Source: Candidatus Poribacteria bacterium
GTDB lineage: Bacteria > Poribacteria > WGA-4E > PCPOR2b
Direction of reading: 5' to 3'
DNA: 64,000 bases
Assembly: GCA_965215015.1 (NCBI GenBank)
Contig: OZ244042.1
Span: 1,280,001-1,344,000, forward strand
Positions 19,781 through 29,846 of this stretch are shown piece after piece. The stretch's first letter is position 1. The number at the start of each line of letters is the position of its first letter. Position numbers and translations under genes: made by a program. The notes beneath the pieces were generated by a model, which ran no database searches, was not told the DNA's origin, and worked only from the letters and a program-made list of their open reading frames with translations.

Positions 19781-20098
19781 TTTAAAGGATTGGGATTCCT
19801 ACTCGTTCCTTTAAGAATCGAATTGTGCTATCAACACAGATAGCGAGCCGAAACCTGTCTGACACCTGCTACGGCAATGGACAACGGGAAGCCATGCCTC
19901 CTACAACACACCACCATCGTAGTATGAGAAAGCTGTCTCGGTTTTTACCTCTGATGACCATTTACCGATGCGAAAGCAGGGGTGTTCCCTCCATAAATGT
20001 TTGGGGGAACACTAATGTTAGTAGTAGCGCAATTCATTGCGCGTCTTATCCCTTGAACATAAATGTTTGGGGGAATACCCCTAAAGGGTTTTTGATAA
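19781..20098 (+). repeat. composite intergenic repeat, copy B
   Basis: Reverse-complement homology to 15710-16125; inverted-repeat-bounded cassette at 19978-20082. Confidence 0.9.
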
Positions 20099-20214
20099 AT
20101 CAAGTTGCTAGTAGTAGGCATACTACAATTACCCTAATGAACTTCCTACGCATTACGTTTCACGTTTCAGAAAATCACCGGAACAACAGGTAGCAACTCG
20201 CCTTTTTTATCCAA

Positions 20215-21333
20215 CTACCCCTCGAACCGGTATTTTTCCACTTCCTTCATCACAAGTTGGGATCCCAATCCCGGTTTCGTGGGAAGTCGTAGGTAACCAT
20301 TTTCCACCTGCGGCGGATCGGTCAATAGGTCGTTGCGCCACGGTGCATCCTGCTCCTCATCAACATATTCCAAGACAAGCGCGTTAGGGATATTTGCCAT
20401 CAGGTGAACGCTGGCGAGCGTTGAGATCGCGCTGTTGGGATTGTGTGGCGAAACCTGCATGTAGTAACTCTCTGCCATAGCGGCAATCTTCTTTGTCTCC
20501 GCGATGCCCCCCGCACGGACCACATCGGGCATAATCATGTCTACCGCCTGTGCAGCGATTAAGTCGCGGAAGCCGAAGCGTGTGTAACGCCGCTCACCAA
20601 CGCAGACAGGTGTATTCACCGCTGCCGTCACCTTTGCTAAGGCATCGATGTTTTCTGGCCCCACCGGCTCCTCGTAGAATAACAGTCCAATCTCCTCCAG
20701 CCTATTCCCTAGTCGAATGGCTGCACTCGTGGTATATCGTGCACCTACATCGGTCGCAATGTCTACCGCGTCCCCTACAGCCTCTCGACATCGCTGCATG
20801 TGTGCTAGTGCGATTAGTTCCTCACTCCGGGTGATAGAACAAGGGATATTGATACGTTCCCCCGGTCGGGGTGTACCACTGGGGAAGTATGCCTTGATAG
20901 CGGTGCACCCTTTCTCTGCCAAGCGAACGCATTCCTCCGGCTCACCCGCGTGGCTATAAAAACGCACCCTATCCCGACAGGAGCCGCCCAGCAGATCGTA
21001 TATCGGGCGTCCCACTGCCTGTCCTACAATGTCCCATAGCGCAATCTCAATGCCGCTGATTGCGGCAATCACTGCCCCTGTCTGCCCGATTTGTTGTAAG
21101 GCATGATACAATAGATGGTAGAGATATTCGATGTTAAATGGATCCTCTCCGATAACAAACCGGCTCAACTCCTCAATTGCCTGCTTAATAATCGTGCCGC
21201 CGGGCCAATTCGTTGCGTCCCCTAACCCCACCACACCCTCATCGGTGAATACCTGCACGAGGATCCACGGTGAAGGAATCACGGTGTTGCGGTTCGACCG
21301 CACTAGGTGTACTTTGATGTCAGTGACTTTCAT
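20215..21333 (-). CDS. mandelate racemase/muconate lactonizing enzyme family (sugar-acid dehydratase-like)
   Basis: TDEGVVGLG, AAISGIEIALWDI, DLLGG, FYEEP, VGER, MPD, PHN, PTKPGLG. Confidence 0.92.
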   Translation of the reverse strand: MKVTDIKVHLVRSNRNTVIPSPWILVQVFTDEGVVGLGDATNWPGGTIIKQAIEELSRFVIGEDPFNIEYLYHLLYHALQQIGQTGAVIAAISGIEIALWDIVGQAVGRPIYDLLGGSCRDRVRFYSHAGEPEECVRLAEKGCTAIKAYFPSGTPRPGERINIPCSITRSEELIALAHMQRCREAVGDAVDIATDVGARYTTSAAIRLGNRLEEIGLLFYEEPVGPENIDALAKVTAAVNTPVCVGERRYTRFGFRDLIAAQAVDMIMPDVVRAGGIAETKKIAAMAESYYMQVSPHNPNSAISTLASVHLMANIPNALVLEYVDEEQDAPWRNDLLTDPPQVENGYLRLPTKPGLGSQLVMKEVEKYRFEG

Positions 21334-21354
21334 CGATTTCTCCTTTCAGCCAAC

Positions 21355-22344
21355 CTACCTGCCAGCCGGCCCAGGCCACTTGTATGGTCGTCCAAACGGT
21401 AAGCCAAAGGGCTCTTCACAGGGTCGGAACGGCACCATATCCGCAATCTCTTGAAGCTCGGTGAGGATATCCGGCGGCAGCGGCCCCGCTTCAACTGCAC
21501 GCGCATTCTGTTCAACTTCCTCCACAGACCGTGCTCCCATCAAGACCGTGGAAATCTCAGGGGTTGCTACCATCATGCGGAGCGCGGCCTCCGGCAGCGA
21601 CAGTTCAATTTCATCCAGAAATGCGTAAAGCCGCTGATACTGTTTTTGTCGGGGCTGGCTCAACCACTTTGCCCCCGTCTCTATTTCGGGGTAGCGTCGG
21701 GATAAGGCTCCCTGTTGAAGCGGCGAACCGATGACAAGGCCCATATTCTGTCGTTTGGCTTCAGGGAAGATCGCTATGGTCGCTTCCCGCCAAAGTAGAC
21801 TATAATTGAACGCTGTCAAGACGACATCGAAGTTTCCCGTTGCCATAATAAGTGGAAGTTGATAAGCGGTGGTGCCGCCGAGTCCGGTGAATCGGATAAT
21901 TTTCTCCGCTTTCAATTCTTCCAACAAATCACAGACAGGTCCGTGAAAATTGTCATAGTCCGTCCACCAATCGTACTGACCGGGGCGATCGGGTTCATGC
22001 ACCAACAGGACATCGATATAATCGCGTTTGAGCAACCGGAGGCTTTCATTGACTGACTGCCGCAGAAGATCTTTATCTTGTGGATTAAACGGTTGTGGAC
22101 GACCGCCGAGTTTCGTCGCGAGGAAGTACGGCTGCGTCACACCTTCAAGCGCGATGCCCAAAACCTCTTCGCTGTCACGGTAGCTAGGTGCTGTATCTAC
22201 ATAATTTACACCGAGTTCAAGTGCGCGGTGAACGGCGCGGCACCCCTCATCGCGTCCACGGTCACCCGCCCTGGAGACATATAGTCCCCCCATTCCCAGC
22301 ACACTGACTTCAAGTCCTGTGCGCCCAAGCGTTCGTTTTTCCAT
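21355..22344 (-). CDS. aldo/keto reductase
   Basis: LGRTGLEVSVLGMG, GVNYVDTAPSY, ATK, SLRLLKRDYIDVLLVH. Confidence 0.93.
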   Translation of the reverse strand: MEKRTLGRTGLEVSVLGMGGLYVSRAGDRGRDEGCRAVHRALELGVNYVDTAPSYRDSEEVLGIALEGVTQPYFLATKLGGRPQPFNPQDKDLLRQSVNESLRLLKRDYIDVLLVHEPDRPGQYDWWTDYDNFHGPVCDLLEELKAEKIIRFTGLGGTTAYQLPLIMATGNFDVVLTAFNYSLLWREATIAIFPEAKRQNMGLVIGSPLQQGALSRRYPEIETGAKWLSQPRQKQYQRLYAFLDEIELSLPEAALRMMVATPEISTVLMGARSVEEVEQNARAVEAGPLPPDILTELQEIADMVPFRPCEEPFGLPFGRPYKWPGPAGR

Positions 22345-22386
22345 ATTTCGTTCCTTTCTTTATCTCCAACTCCGTGGATTGCTGGT

Positions 22387-23907
22387 CTATTCGTTTGTTG
22401 ACGCCATGTCCCAAGCATCAACAGACCTCACATCCACGCCTCCACCGCGGCTGAATAGCGTTACACCGAGACTGTCACCTCGGGTCGGATAGATTCGCTG
22501 TGTCACACACTGGTGTCCATTGGCGAAAATTTCCAACACCGAACGGTCCAGGAAGATACGCAACTTGAGCGGTTCTCCATCGAATAACTCAAACGGTGCT
22601 TCTTGGGCGGTTACGACTCTCTTGCCTTCAGGCAACCGCTTCGTCGCGCTTTCGTTGCGATAGTAGATGTATCTTATGCTTTTGTCAAGACTGGACTTGC
22701 TGATATTTACGCTCAATGTTTTTGCTATCGGATCACACACGATGGGGGTCTGTTCTTCCCCCTCCGGCGAACAACGAACCTTTATGCCAAACTCAACGCC
22801 ATCTACTGCATCAACCTCCACAGCAAGTTCCAGACAATCGCCTCTTACATCGTTAAGTATCAGCTCCGAATCGGCAGTCAGATGGATGTTTTCATGATGG
22901 CGGTGATTCTGTCGCAGCACCTCCAGTTCGGGGGCAGGTTCAATCACCAAACTGTTATCTTCCCCTAACGACAAGATTCGCGGCACGGTCATCACGCCAG
23001 ACCAACCGGAGGCGCGCTCGGCTTCCAATGTTCTTGTCTCTCGGATCCAGTCAAAAAAGATACGACGCCCATCTCCATCTAACATAGTGATCCCGCCTCC
23101 GAGGTGCCCGCCGGGCCAACTCATGCGAGCATATCGCTCCGGGTAAAGATGATCGTCCTCATATTGACCGAGGTAGTATTGGGTTCCCTGCAGGTGACTG
23201 CAAAACAGCAACATGTGTCTATCCCCTATCGGGAAGAAATTTGGAACAGCGCAATCCTCATCTGCCTCAGTCCAACGCCGGTTTGATTTGTAGAATGGGT
23301 GCAGATACTCCCAATGAACCATATCAGGGGACTTAAACAGATAGGCAGTATCGCCTCCCGTCGGATCGCGGCTGCCGCACAACGCATACCAAAAGTCGTC
23401 GTGCTTCCAGGCGCACGGATCATAGACACGGTACTTCCCATAGTCCGGATCGCCCGGCTGTGGGACCGGTATAACGGGATTTGTAGGGTGTTTGGTCCAT
23501 TGGATTAAATCCGGGTCCTCGCTGGTAGCGATACATGTTCCTTCGGGGACACCGTGGTAAATCAAGGTAGGAACACCATCATTGATTACCGCGCCGCCAC
23601 TGAAGCAACCGTCCCGGTCGGGACCGCCCAACGTCGGCGTCAATGCGATTGGATGGTGGGTCCAATGCACAAGGTCTGGACTCGATGCGTGTCCCCACTG
23701 AATCCATTTCCAGTAAGCCCCATCGGGGTTATGCTGGTAGAAAATATGATATCTGCCGTTCCAAAAGAGGGGGCCATTGATGTCGTTCATCCAAGCCCAC
23801 GGCGGGGTAAAATGGTACGCCGGTCGATGGCGGTCTTTCTGAAACTTCTCTCTTAGTTCCTGTGCCGATTGGATAAGTTGTTCGGTCTTTTCGATTTCGT
23901 TGGGCAC
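22387..23907 (-). CDS. glycoside hydrolase family 32 (beta-fructofuranosidase-like)
   Basis: WMNDING, YHIFYQHNP, WGHASS, FSG, YDP, DRSVLEIF; GTG 23907 has AAGGAG upstream (the ORF track starts at 23946). Confidence 0.92.
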   Translation of the reverse strand: MPNEIEKTEQLIQSAQELREKFQKDRHRPAYHFTPPWAWMNDINGPLFWNGRYHIFYQHNPDGAYWKWIQWGHASSPDLVHWTHHPIALTPTLGGPDRDGCFSGGAVINDGVPTLIYHGVPEGTCIATSEDPDLIQWTKHPTNPVIPVPQPGDPDYGKYRVYDPCAWKHDDFWYALCGSRDPTGGDTAYLFKSPDMVHWEYLHPFYKSNRRWTEADEDCAVPNFFPIGDRHMLLFCSHLQGTQYYLGQYEDDHLYPERYARMSWPGGHLGGGITMLDGDGRRIFFDWIRETRTLEAERASGWSGVMTVPRILSLGEDNSLVIEPAPELEVLRQNHRHHENIHLTADSELILNDVRGDCLELAVEVDAVDGVEFGIKVRCSPEGEEQTPIVCDPIAKTLSVNISKSSLDKSIRYIYYRNESATKRLPEGKRVVTAQEAPFELFDGEPLKLRIFLDRSVLEIFANGHQCVTQRIYPTRGDSLGVTLFSRGGGVDVRSVDAWDMASTNE

Positions 23908-24034
23908 TATATGTTCGCTCCTTTCGTACTCCCGGAAATCCTCCACGAAGCCTCGATGCCCGGTAGCAAGGGGTGTTCTGAACCAACATCGCCTATTACT
24001 CCTGTATCATCTGCAATTTTAAATTCCCATCTGC

Positions 24035-24380
24035 TCATTTTATTTTTTTTTCGTGCTTCAGGATGGAATCGGGGGTTGCCGAGCAACTGAAGCAAACGCT
24101 CACTTGCGGCTTAGGAGGGGTTCCCATATCTTGTAGTTGATGTAGGCATTGTAACGCGGAAAGGGCCATTGCCTGCCGTATTGCTGCTGGAGTAGATAAC
24201 GAACTTGACCTGACCGGTTGGGGAACGCGGTGCCAACATTGCGGGTCGTGCAGGTAGATATCGTCTGCCTTGCAAAGCACGGAAACGGGTCCCCGTTCAA
24301 ATGTCGGCGTGTCTGTTTTCGGGGAATTTCTGCCCGAATAGTGGTTGACAGGAACGTATTGCGCCGGACCATGTTCAATT
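24035..24380 (-). pseudogene. phytanoyl-CoA dioxygenase (PhyH) family C-terminal remnant
   Basis: IEHGPAQYVP..HYSG...CKADDIYLHDPQCWHR, then a frameshift to PNRSGQVRYLLQQQYG; N-terminal HxD region absent. Confidence 0.7.
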
Positions 24381-24699
24381 AAAAATGATTTCAGCGGTTC
24401 CGTTCTGCGCTGAAAGGTGTTCCATTTTGAATCTGTGTCTGATTCAAGTAAGTACCCTCCTTTGCGGAAAGATCTAGATGCGAACCTTGCGGAGATTTTA
24501 TCCCGTTGCCAGGTTGGATTTCTGTACTGTTCAGTATCATAGCAAAGTTCGGGCAATTCCGCAACGAAAAAAGGTTCTGCGAAGGAATTTCAAATTTCTC
24601 TCTTGACCTTATTTCGGTTTCAGCCTAATATAAATTCAAACTTCAAAATTTTAGCAATAATGCTCCGTCTTGGATGCAACCCGAAGGAGGGCAAGCGTC

Positions 24700-25782
24700 A
24701 TGAAAGCTGCTGTGCTATATGAAATCAATACACCGCTGAAAATTGAAGAATTGGATCTGCCGGATACAGGAGCCAATCAAGTGCGAGTGCGAATCGTTGC
24801 CAGCGGCGTCTGCCATTCCGATTGGCATGTCGTCAAGGGCGATTGGCCCCACATCCCGATACCGACTATCTTAGGTCACGAAGGGGCGGGTATCGTCGAA
24901 GAGGTAGGGAGTCAAGTCAGTGGGGTTCGTGAAGGGGACCACGTCATCCTATCCTGGAAACGGAGCTGCGGCTATTGCGAGATGTGTCAGAAAGGGTTTC
25001 CCACCCTGTGTGAGCTTCCGCCTGACAGTTCTACACTCCCCCGATTCCCCGGCGAACAGAGAACAATGGAAAAGATGGCAGGTTTGGGGACCTTTGGCAC
25101 ACATGCGCTGGTGCCTCAAGATGCGGTGGTTCCCATAGATAAAGATATGCCCTTCGCGCAGGCGGCACTGATTGGCTGTGGGGTCATGACGGGGGTCGGC
25201 GCAGCCATCAATACCGCTCAAGTGCAGGGTGGAAGCTCGGTGGCAGTCTTCGGTTGTGGCGGCGTAGGGCTCAATTGCATTCAGGGAGCGGCGATGGTAG
25301 GTGCCGAGCCGATTATCGCGGTAGATGTCCGAGACAATAAGCTGGAAATGGCAAGACGTTTTGGCGCAACTGACACGGTCAACGCCTCTCAGGAGGACGC
25401 TGTCGCTCGGATTCAGGAACTCAGTGGTGGTCCCGGCGTCCACTATGCGTTTGAAGCGATTGGACTGACGGGTGAGCCCTTCCTCCAAGCCATCCAATGC
25501 ACCCGTAGACGAGGCATCACCGTTTTCGTTGGTCATGCGCCCGAAGACACACCTGTGGCATTGGATGCCCGGATGTTGATGCATGAGAAAACAGTTATTG
25601 GCTCCTACTACGGTTCCGCACGTCCCCATGTAGACTTTCCGCGTTTGATTCGTCTTTACAAGGCCGGGAAGTTAAAGCTGGATGAGTTGGTGACGCGAAC
25701 GTATCCGCTAGAGCGAGTCAACGAAGCGTTTGAGGCACTGGCAAGAGGAGAGGTGGCGCGTAGCGTTTTGTCCCTTGATTAA
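24700..25782 (+). CDS. Zn-dependent alcohol dehydrogenase
   Basis: GVCHSD, GHEGAG, CGYCEMC..C, GCGVMTG, GCGGVG; AAGGAGG RBS before ATG 24700; TTGACC-17-TAATAT at ~24603. Confidence 0.95.
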   Translation: MKAAVLYEINTPLKIEELDLPDTGANQVRVRIVASGVCHSDWHVVKGDWPHIPIPTILGHEGAGIVEEVGSQVSGVREGDHVILSWKRSCGYCEMCQKGFPTLCELPPDSSTLPRFPGEQRTMEKMAGLGTFGTHALVPQDAVVPIDKDMPFAQAALIGCGVMTGVGAAINTAQVQGGSSVAVFGCGGVGLNCIQGAAMVGAEPIIAVDVRDNKLEMARRFGATDTVNASQEDAVARIQELSGGPGVHYAFEAIGLTGEPFLQAIQCTRRRGITVFVGHAPEDTPVALDARMLMHEKTVIGSYYGSARPHVDFPRLIRLYKAGKLKLDELVTRTYPLERVNEAFEALARGEVARSVLSLD

Positions 25783-25787
25783 GATTC

Positions 25788-26624
25788 TCAGCATCGCGGT
25801 TTTTGCGCTGAGGTGAGGATCGCGGGCATCGGAATCTCCACGCCCCCGTCCTTTTCATAAGCGGCAGCTCCCTTAATAACTGCCGCACGAATGGCCTCCA
25901 GTGCCGCCTTGGATTGAGCGCGGAGCAGTCCACCGGTGCGCGCTGTTCCCTCGTAGAATGCGACAAAGAGGTCATCGGGCGAAGAAAGTCGCCACATCTG
26001 CTGAACCTCTGTAATCGAAGGATTGATAAAGCCAATTGTCCGCAAAGTTCGTCCGCTTTCGGCGGAATCGCTGAATCGGAAGAAGGGGGGACCTTCAGGC
26101 AGCGAGATGTTAGGGTCACCGTGAGTTTCTATCGCCTGAAGCATAATGTGAAATCCGATAGCGGCTTCGGGAATCGCCCAGACGGTGAAGCTAATCCGTC
26201 CGCCGGGGTGAAGGACGCGATACGCTTCCCTCAGTGCTTGCTCAGGGTTGCCGAAGTGTAATAATCCGAAGTTGATGACAACTGCATCAAAACTGTTATT
26301 GGCGAAGGGCAATGCCTCTGCATCTCCTTCGCAGAAGTCGATATCTGGATACTGTTTTCGTGCTTGGGAGAGCATCGCCGTTGAGAAATCGACCCCAACA
26401 ACCCATGCCCCTTTTCTTACACCCGCTTGTGCGACGTTACCCGCGCCGGTCGCGACATCGAGCAAGCGTGTTTTGTCGCCCTTTTGGACAGTAGATAGGA
26501 GTGGTTCAATCGTTTGACTGGTGAGGCGTGGCCAAAAATTGTGGTATGACCGCGCGCTTTTCTCCCAAGTGGTGTGTTCAAATGTCCAGAATGGGTCAGA
26601 CTGAGGGTGCGGGTAGCTTGTCAT
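25788..26624 (-). CDS. class I SAM-dependent methyltransferase
   Basis: LLDVATGAG, GVDFS, GDAEALPF..SFDAV, RVLHPGG. Confidence 0.92.
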   Translation of the reverse strand: MTSYPHPQSDPFWTFEHTTWEKSARSYHNFWPRLTSQTIEPLLSTVQKGDKTRLLDVATGAGNVAQAGVRKGAWVVGVDFSTAMLSQARKQYPDIDFCEGDAEALPFANNSFDAVVINFGLLHFGNPEQALREAYRVLHPGGRISFTVWAIPEAAIGFHIMLQAIETHGDPNISLPEGPPFFRFSDSAESGRTLRTIGFINPSITEVQQMWRLSSPDDLFVAFYEGTARTGGLLRAQSKAALEAIRAAVIKGAAAYEKDGGVEIPMPAILTSAQKPRC

Positions 26625-26649
26625 GGTGAGCGTGTCGGCACGAATTAAG

Positions 26650-28089
26650 CTAAAATGCGCTGTGTATTGTTGTCAGCGGACACCACCGAGAGGTCAAGAG
26701 ATGATCAAACAAGACATTGGTTGCTTCAGGCGTGCCAATCTGTTTCAATGCAAATGTCGCATGGAAACGCACATACCGATTCTCATCATTCAATGTATCC
26801 ATCAAGACCGGAATTGCAGCCTCAGCGGCGGGGCCGAGCCGAGCTAACGCCCGTGCCGCGTTATCTCGAATCCAATAGTGTTCATCGCGCAGTAGCCCAA
26901 TCAGCGCAGGAACCGTGTTCTGAACAGGTTGACCGATCAACCCCAATGCCTCCGTCGCATGGCGGCGCACCCACGCAGATTCATCCCGTAAAGCCTGAGT
27001 GAGCGCAGGGACTGCCTCTTGAGCGACATTTCCAATATCGCCGAGGGCATAAGCCGCACCCGCACGAATCGACTCATTTTCATCCTGTAGCGCGTTTATC
27101 AATGCAGGCACTGCTGGACCTCCAATCGCACTCAACGCATAGGTCGCGTGTTGGAAGCTCTCGTTCTCTGATCCGGCACTACCTTTATCCTCCCATGACT
27201 CCTGCCATATCTCAATCAGTGCCGGCACCGCTGCTGCACCCATCATCCCCAATTCATACGCCGCATTAAGACGAACCATTTCATCCGGATCTCCCAAAGC
27301 CTCGATCAACGCCGGAAGGTCATTTTCAACCAACCCCGTATCTTCCTTTGTACCGTTCTGTTTCCCATAGAACCAGTTCCAGAGACTTCGCCACATAACA
27401 TCATGTCCTTTCAAAGATGCCTCGCTGTCAAGCGAATCCCACGTCGAGTCTGCGCTGTCCCAAGAAGGTGCTTTCGGCTCGTCGAGTCGAGTGAAAAGGA
27501 ATTTCAGCATGTGCCGCTTTTTGTCGCTCTGATTCGGCATCGCCCGGTGCCAGAGGTCATAGTGCACCAGCGTCACTGTGCCGGCTTCCCCACAGAGGGC
27601 CAATTCTGGCTGAGAATGTGCGCTTTCGTGCGTCTCATAATACTGTGTACCGGGGAGAACCGCTGTCGGTCCCATATCTTCGGTGGTATCTTGGGGATAG
27701 TAAAACCCCATCATCCAACGGCACCGGTGACGCCGTATCTGTTCGTCCCCTTCATAGGAGTCTTTATGAAAATTTTGTCCGGTACTCCCCGGTGGATTGA
27801 AGTGGCAGTAGCGATGTGAGTGCATAACATAATTCTGACCAAGTGTACTGGTCAAAGCACCGTGAATCGCTGGATGCGAAAAGACCTGCTGAATCTCAGG
27901 GATAAGGGGCAGCAGGTTATTCCCCAAATTCCCCTGACTCTCGAACATATCTTCTACCTGCTGGAAAATTGTTTTGTGGAAATTGGTGGAGAAGTTGGTT
28001 TGTACCTTGATGTAGCCATCAATGATGAAGCTGCGCATCTCTTCGTCGTTGAGGAGATATTCTTGATTTTCCATCGGCTTTCCTTCCAT
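26650..28089 (-). CDS. PhyH-family dioxygenase fused to HEAT/PBS-lyase repeats
   Basis: FHKDSY (HxD), GPTAVLPGT, LWHR; C-terminal repeats ALxDExxxVRxxAxxALG. Confidence 0.88.
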   Translation of the reverse strand: MEGKPMENQEYLLNDEEMRSFIIDGYIKVQTNFSTNFHKTIFQQVEDMFESQGNLGNNLLPLIPEIQQVFSHPAIHGALTSTLGQNYVMHSHRYCHFNPPGSTGQNFHKDSYEGDEQIRRHRCRWMMGFYYPQDTTEDMGPTAVLPGTQYYETHESAHSQPELALCGEAGTVTLVHYDLWHRAMPNQSDKKRHMLKFLFTRLDEPKAPSWDSADSTWDSLDSEASLKGHDVMWRSLWNWFYGKQNGTKEDTGLVENDLPALIEALGDPDEMVRLNAAYELGMMGAAAVPALIEIWQESWEDKGSAGSENESFQHATYALSAIGGPAVPALINALQDENESIRAGAAYALGDIGNVAQEAVPALTQALRDESAWVRRHATEALGLIGQPVQNTVPALIGLLRDEHYWIRDNAARALARLGPAAEAAIPVLMDTLNDENRYVRFHATFALKQIGTPEATNVLFDHLLTSRWCPLTTIHSAF

Positions 28090-28319
28090 TTCGTCGTGAG
28101 GGGCTAGGTTCTCTGAAAGTGCTCGGCGCCATTAACCTATCGTGCTAGTTGATGAGGCTGCCGTTTCCATAGCGTTCAAGAGTTGATTGGTTTATTAAAG
28201 AGGAGTTCATTTGTTCAAGAATTCATTGATGTACCAATGTGAACCAATGTACCAATAACGTTTCACTCTCGGTCTTTGACCGGAGGGCATACCAAACGTT
28301 GCAAGCTAGCATTATCTTG

Positions 28320-29846
28320 TCATAAAGATGTCACCAATTTCGTGGAAATCTTAAGGCGACGCCGTACAAACTGTGATACGGAATCGATGCCCATATTGAG
28401 TAGAACTGTGATGAGAATCAACAAAACTGCCTTATCGATTTGGTCATCGGAAATCGCGCTGTCAATGTAGAACCCCAGCGTGTAGATGCCGAGGATGCCG
28501 AGGATGGCAGACTCTCGCATCATCACCTCCCAACGGTAAAACAGGAATGCGAGGAACTGTCCGTATACGCGTGGCAAAATTTCAAACAAATACCGATCTA
28601 TCCGCCGCTGAGGCGCATCTATCCGCAGCGGCACCAAGTCGGCGTTGTTGCTGCACAGGAAACCAAGGATGGCTCCGTTATGCAAGAGAATCGCCCACAC
28701 AGCCGGGAGCATTGATGGGCCCCAGAGCTGTACAAGGATATACGCGAGAATGTACTCCGGCGTGGTGCGGATAACAATCAGTCCATAGTGCGAAATCCGG
28801 CTGGCAATCTTCCCTGAGAAATGCCGGCAAGCGAAGGGAAAACTGAGCAACGCAAATACACCCGTTCCTACCAGTACCACCTGTGTCAACACCACTGTGT
28901 TCCATATCCCTTCCCATGCTTCGTGGACAAAAATCTCGTTTACCCAACTCGCGATCGGTTCCCACGCAAACGAAATATCGCGTGTGCCATCGAGGACACC
29001 CTCCCGGCGCATGGGCCACGGGAGGAGGTCATAGGTGAAAAAGCGAACGATGTTTTCCCACGACACCGTAATTGTCCTTGACAGCAACGCAAACGACGCC
29101 GCAACATAGAGTGGAACAAGGCGTGGCTTGAGCCAGTACCTGAGCGAAGCAATCAAGATATAGAACGCATAGAGCAGTGCCCAAGCCTCCGAGTATATGC
29201 CTTCGCGAAACGAGGTCTCAAGGTGGAATCCGAGCGTTGGCAATCCGATGAATCCGAGAATAGCACTGGAACGTAGGGCGCACTCAAAGCGGTAGCCGGT
29301 ATAGTGTTTGGTATCGGCATAGATGACGGGAAGGATACCATAGACAAAGCGACTCAAACCTCCAGAGGCTTTAGGAACACCCTCCAGCGGACGCCGATCC
29401 GATTCTTGGATAATCTCTGCGTACACCTTCGCAAAGATACCAGCGTAGGGAATTGCGATGGCGAGCACACCGCAGGTTGGATTGAGTCCCACAATGGGAA
29501 GGAAGATGAAAGCCCAGAAAATCTCATGAATGGCGCGGATAAAAGCGCAGAACAACCTGACAGGGGTAAAACGGAAGGCGACAGCCAGACCGATGCCAAG
29601 TACGACACTAAGAAAAGTACCACAGACAGCAAAAATCACTGTATTGAGCAGGGCAAGTTTCAAATTCCAGAGGGAGGTAACATCCGGGGTGATTGCGCCC
29701 CAAGCCATTCGGCTCAGTTCTGTCCAAGGGTGTAGCGTCGAGATTTCAAGGTCCGCCAACAGGAAGGCTATCAGGGCAATCGCAACGAAGAACAGACTGG
29801 TTTTTAACATGGTAATAGTATACCCCTTGAATGGCCCTGGATTCAA
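28320..29846 (-). CDS. PhnE/PtxC-like ABC transporter permease (fused duplicate)
   Basis: Multi-TM; RAIHE, YRFECALRSSAILGFIG and YRWEVMMRESAILG repeats; overlaps the ATPase stop. Confidence 0.85.
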   Translation of the reverse strand: MNPGPFKGYTITMLKTSLFFVAIALIAFLLADLEISTLHPWTELSRMAWGAITPDVTSLWNLKLALLNTVIFAVCGTFLSVVLGIGLAVAFRFTPVRLFCAFIRAIHEIFWAFIFLPIVGLNPTCGVLAIAIPYAGIFAKVYAEIIQESDRRPLEGVPKASGGLSRFVYGILPVIYADTKHYTGYRFECALRSSAILGFIGLPTLGFHLETSFREGIYSEAWALLYAFYILIASLRYWLKPRLVPLYVAASFALLSRTITVSWENIVRFFTYDLLPWPMRREGVLDGTRDISFAWEPIASWVNEIFVHEAWEGIWNTVVLTQVVLVGTGVFALLSFPFACRHFSGKIASRISHYGLIVIRTTPEYILAYILVQLWGPSMLPAVWAILLHNGAILGFLCSNNADLVPLRIDAPQRRIDRYLFEILPRVYGQFLAFLFYRWEVMMRESAILGILGIYTLGFYIDSAISDDQIDKAVLLILITVLLNMGIDSVSQFVRRRLKISTKLVTSL

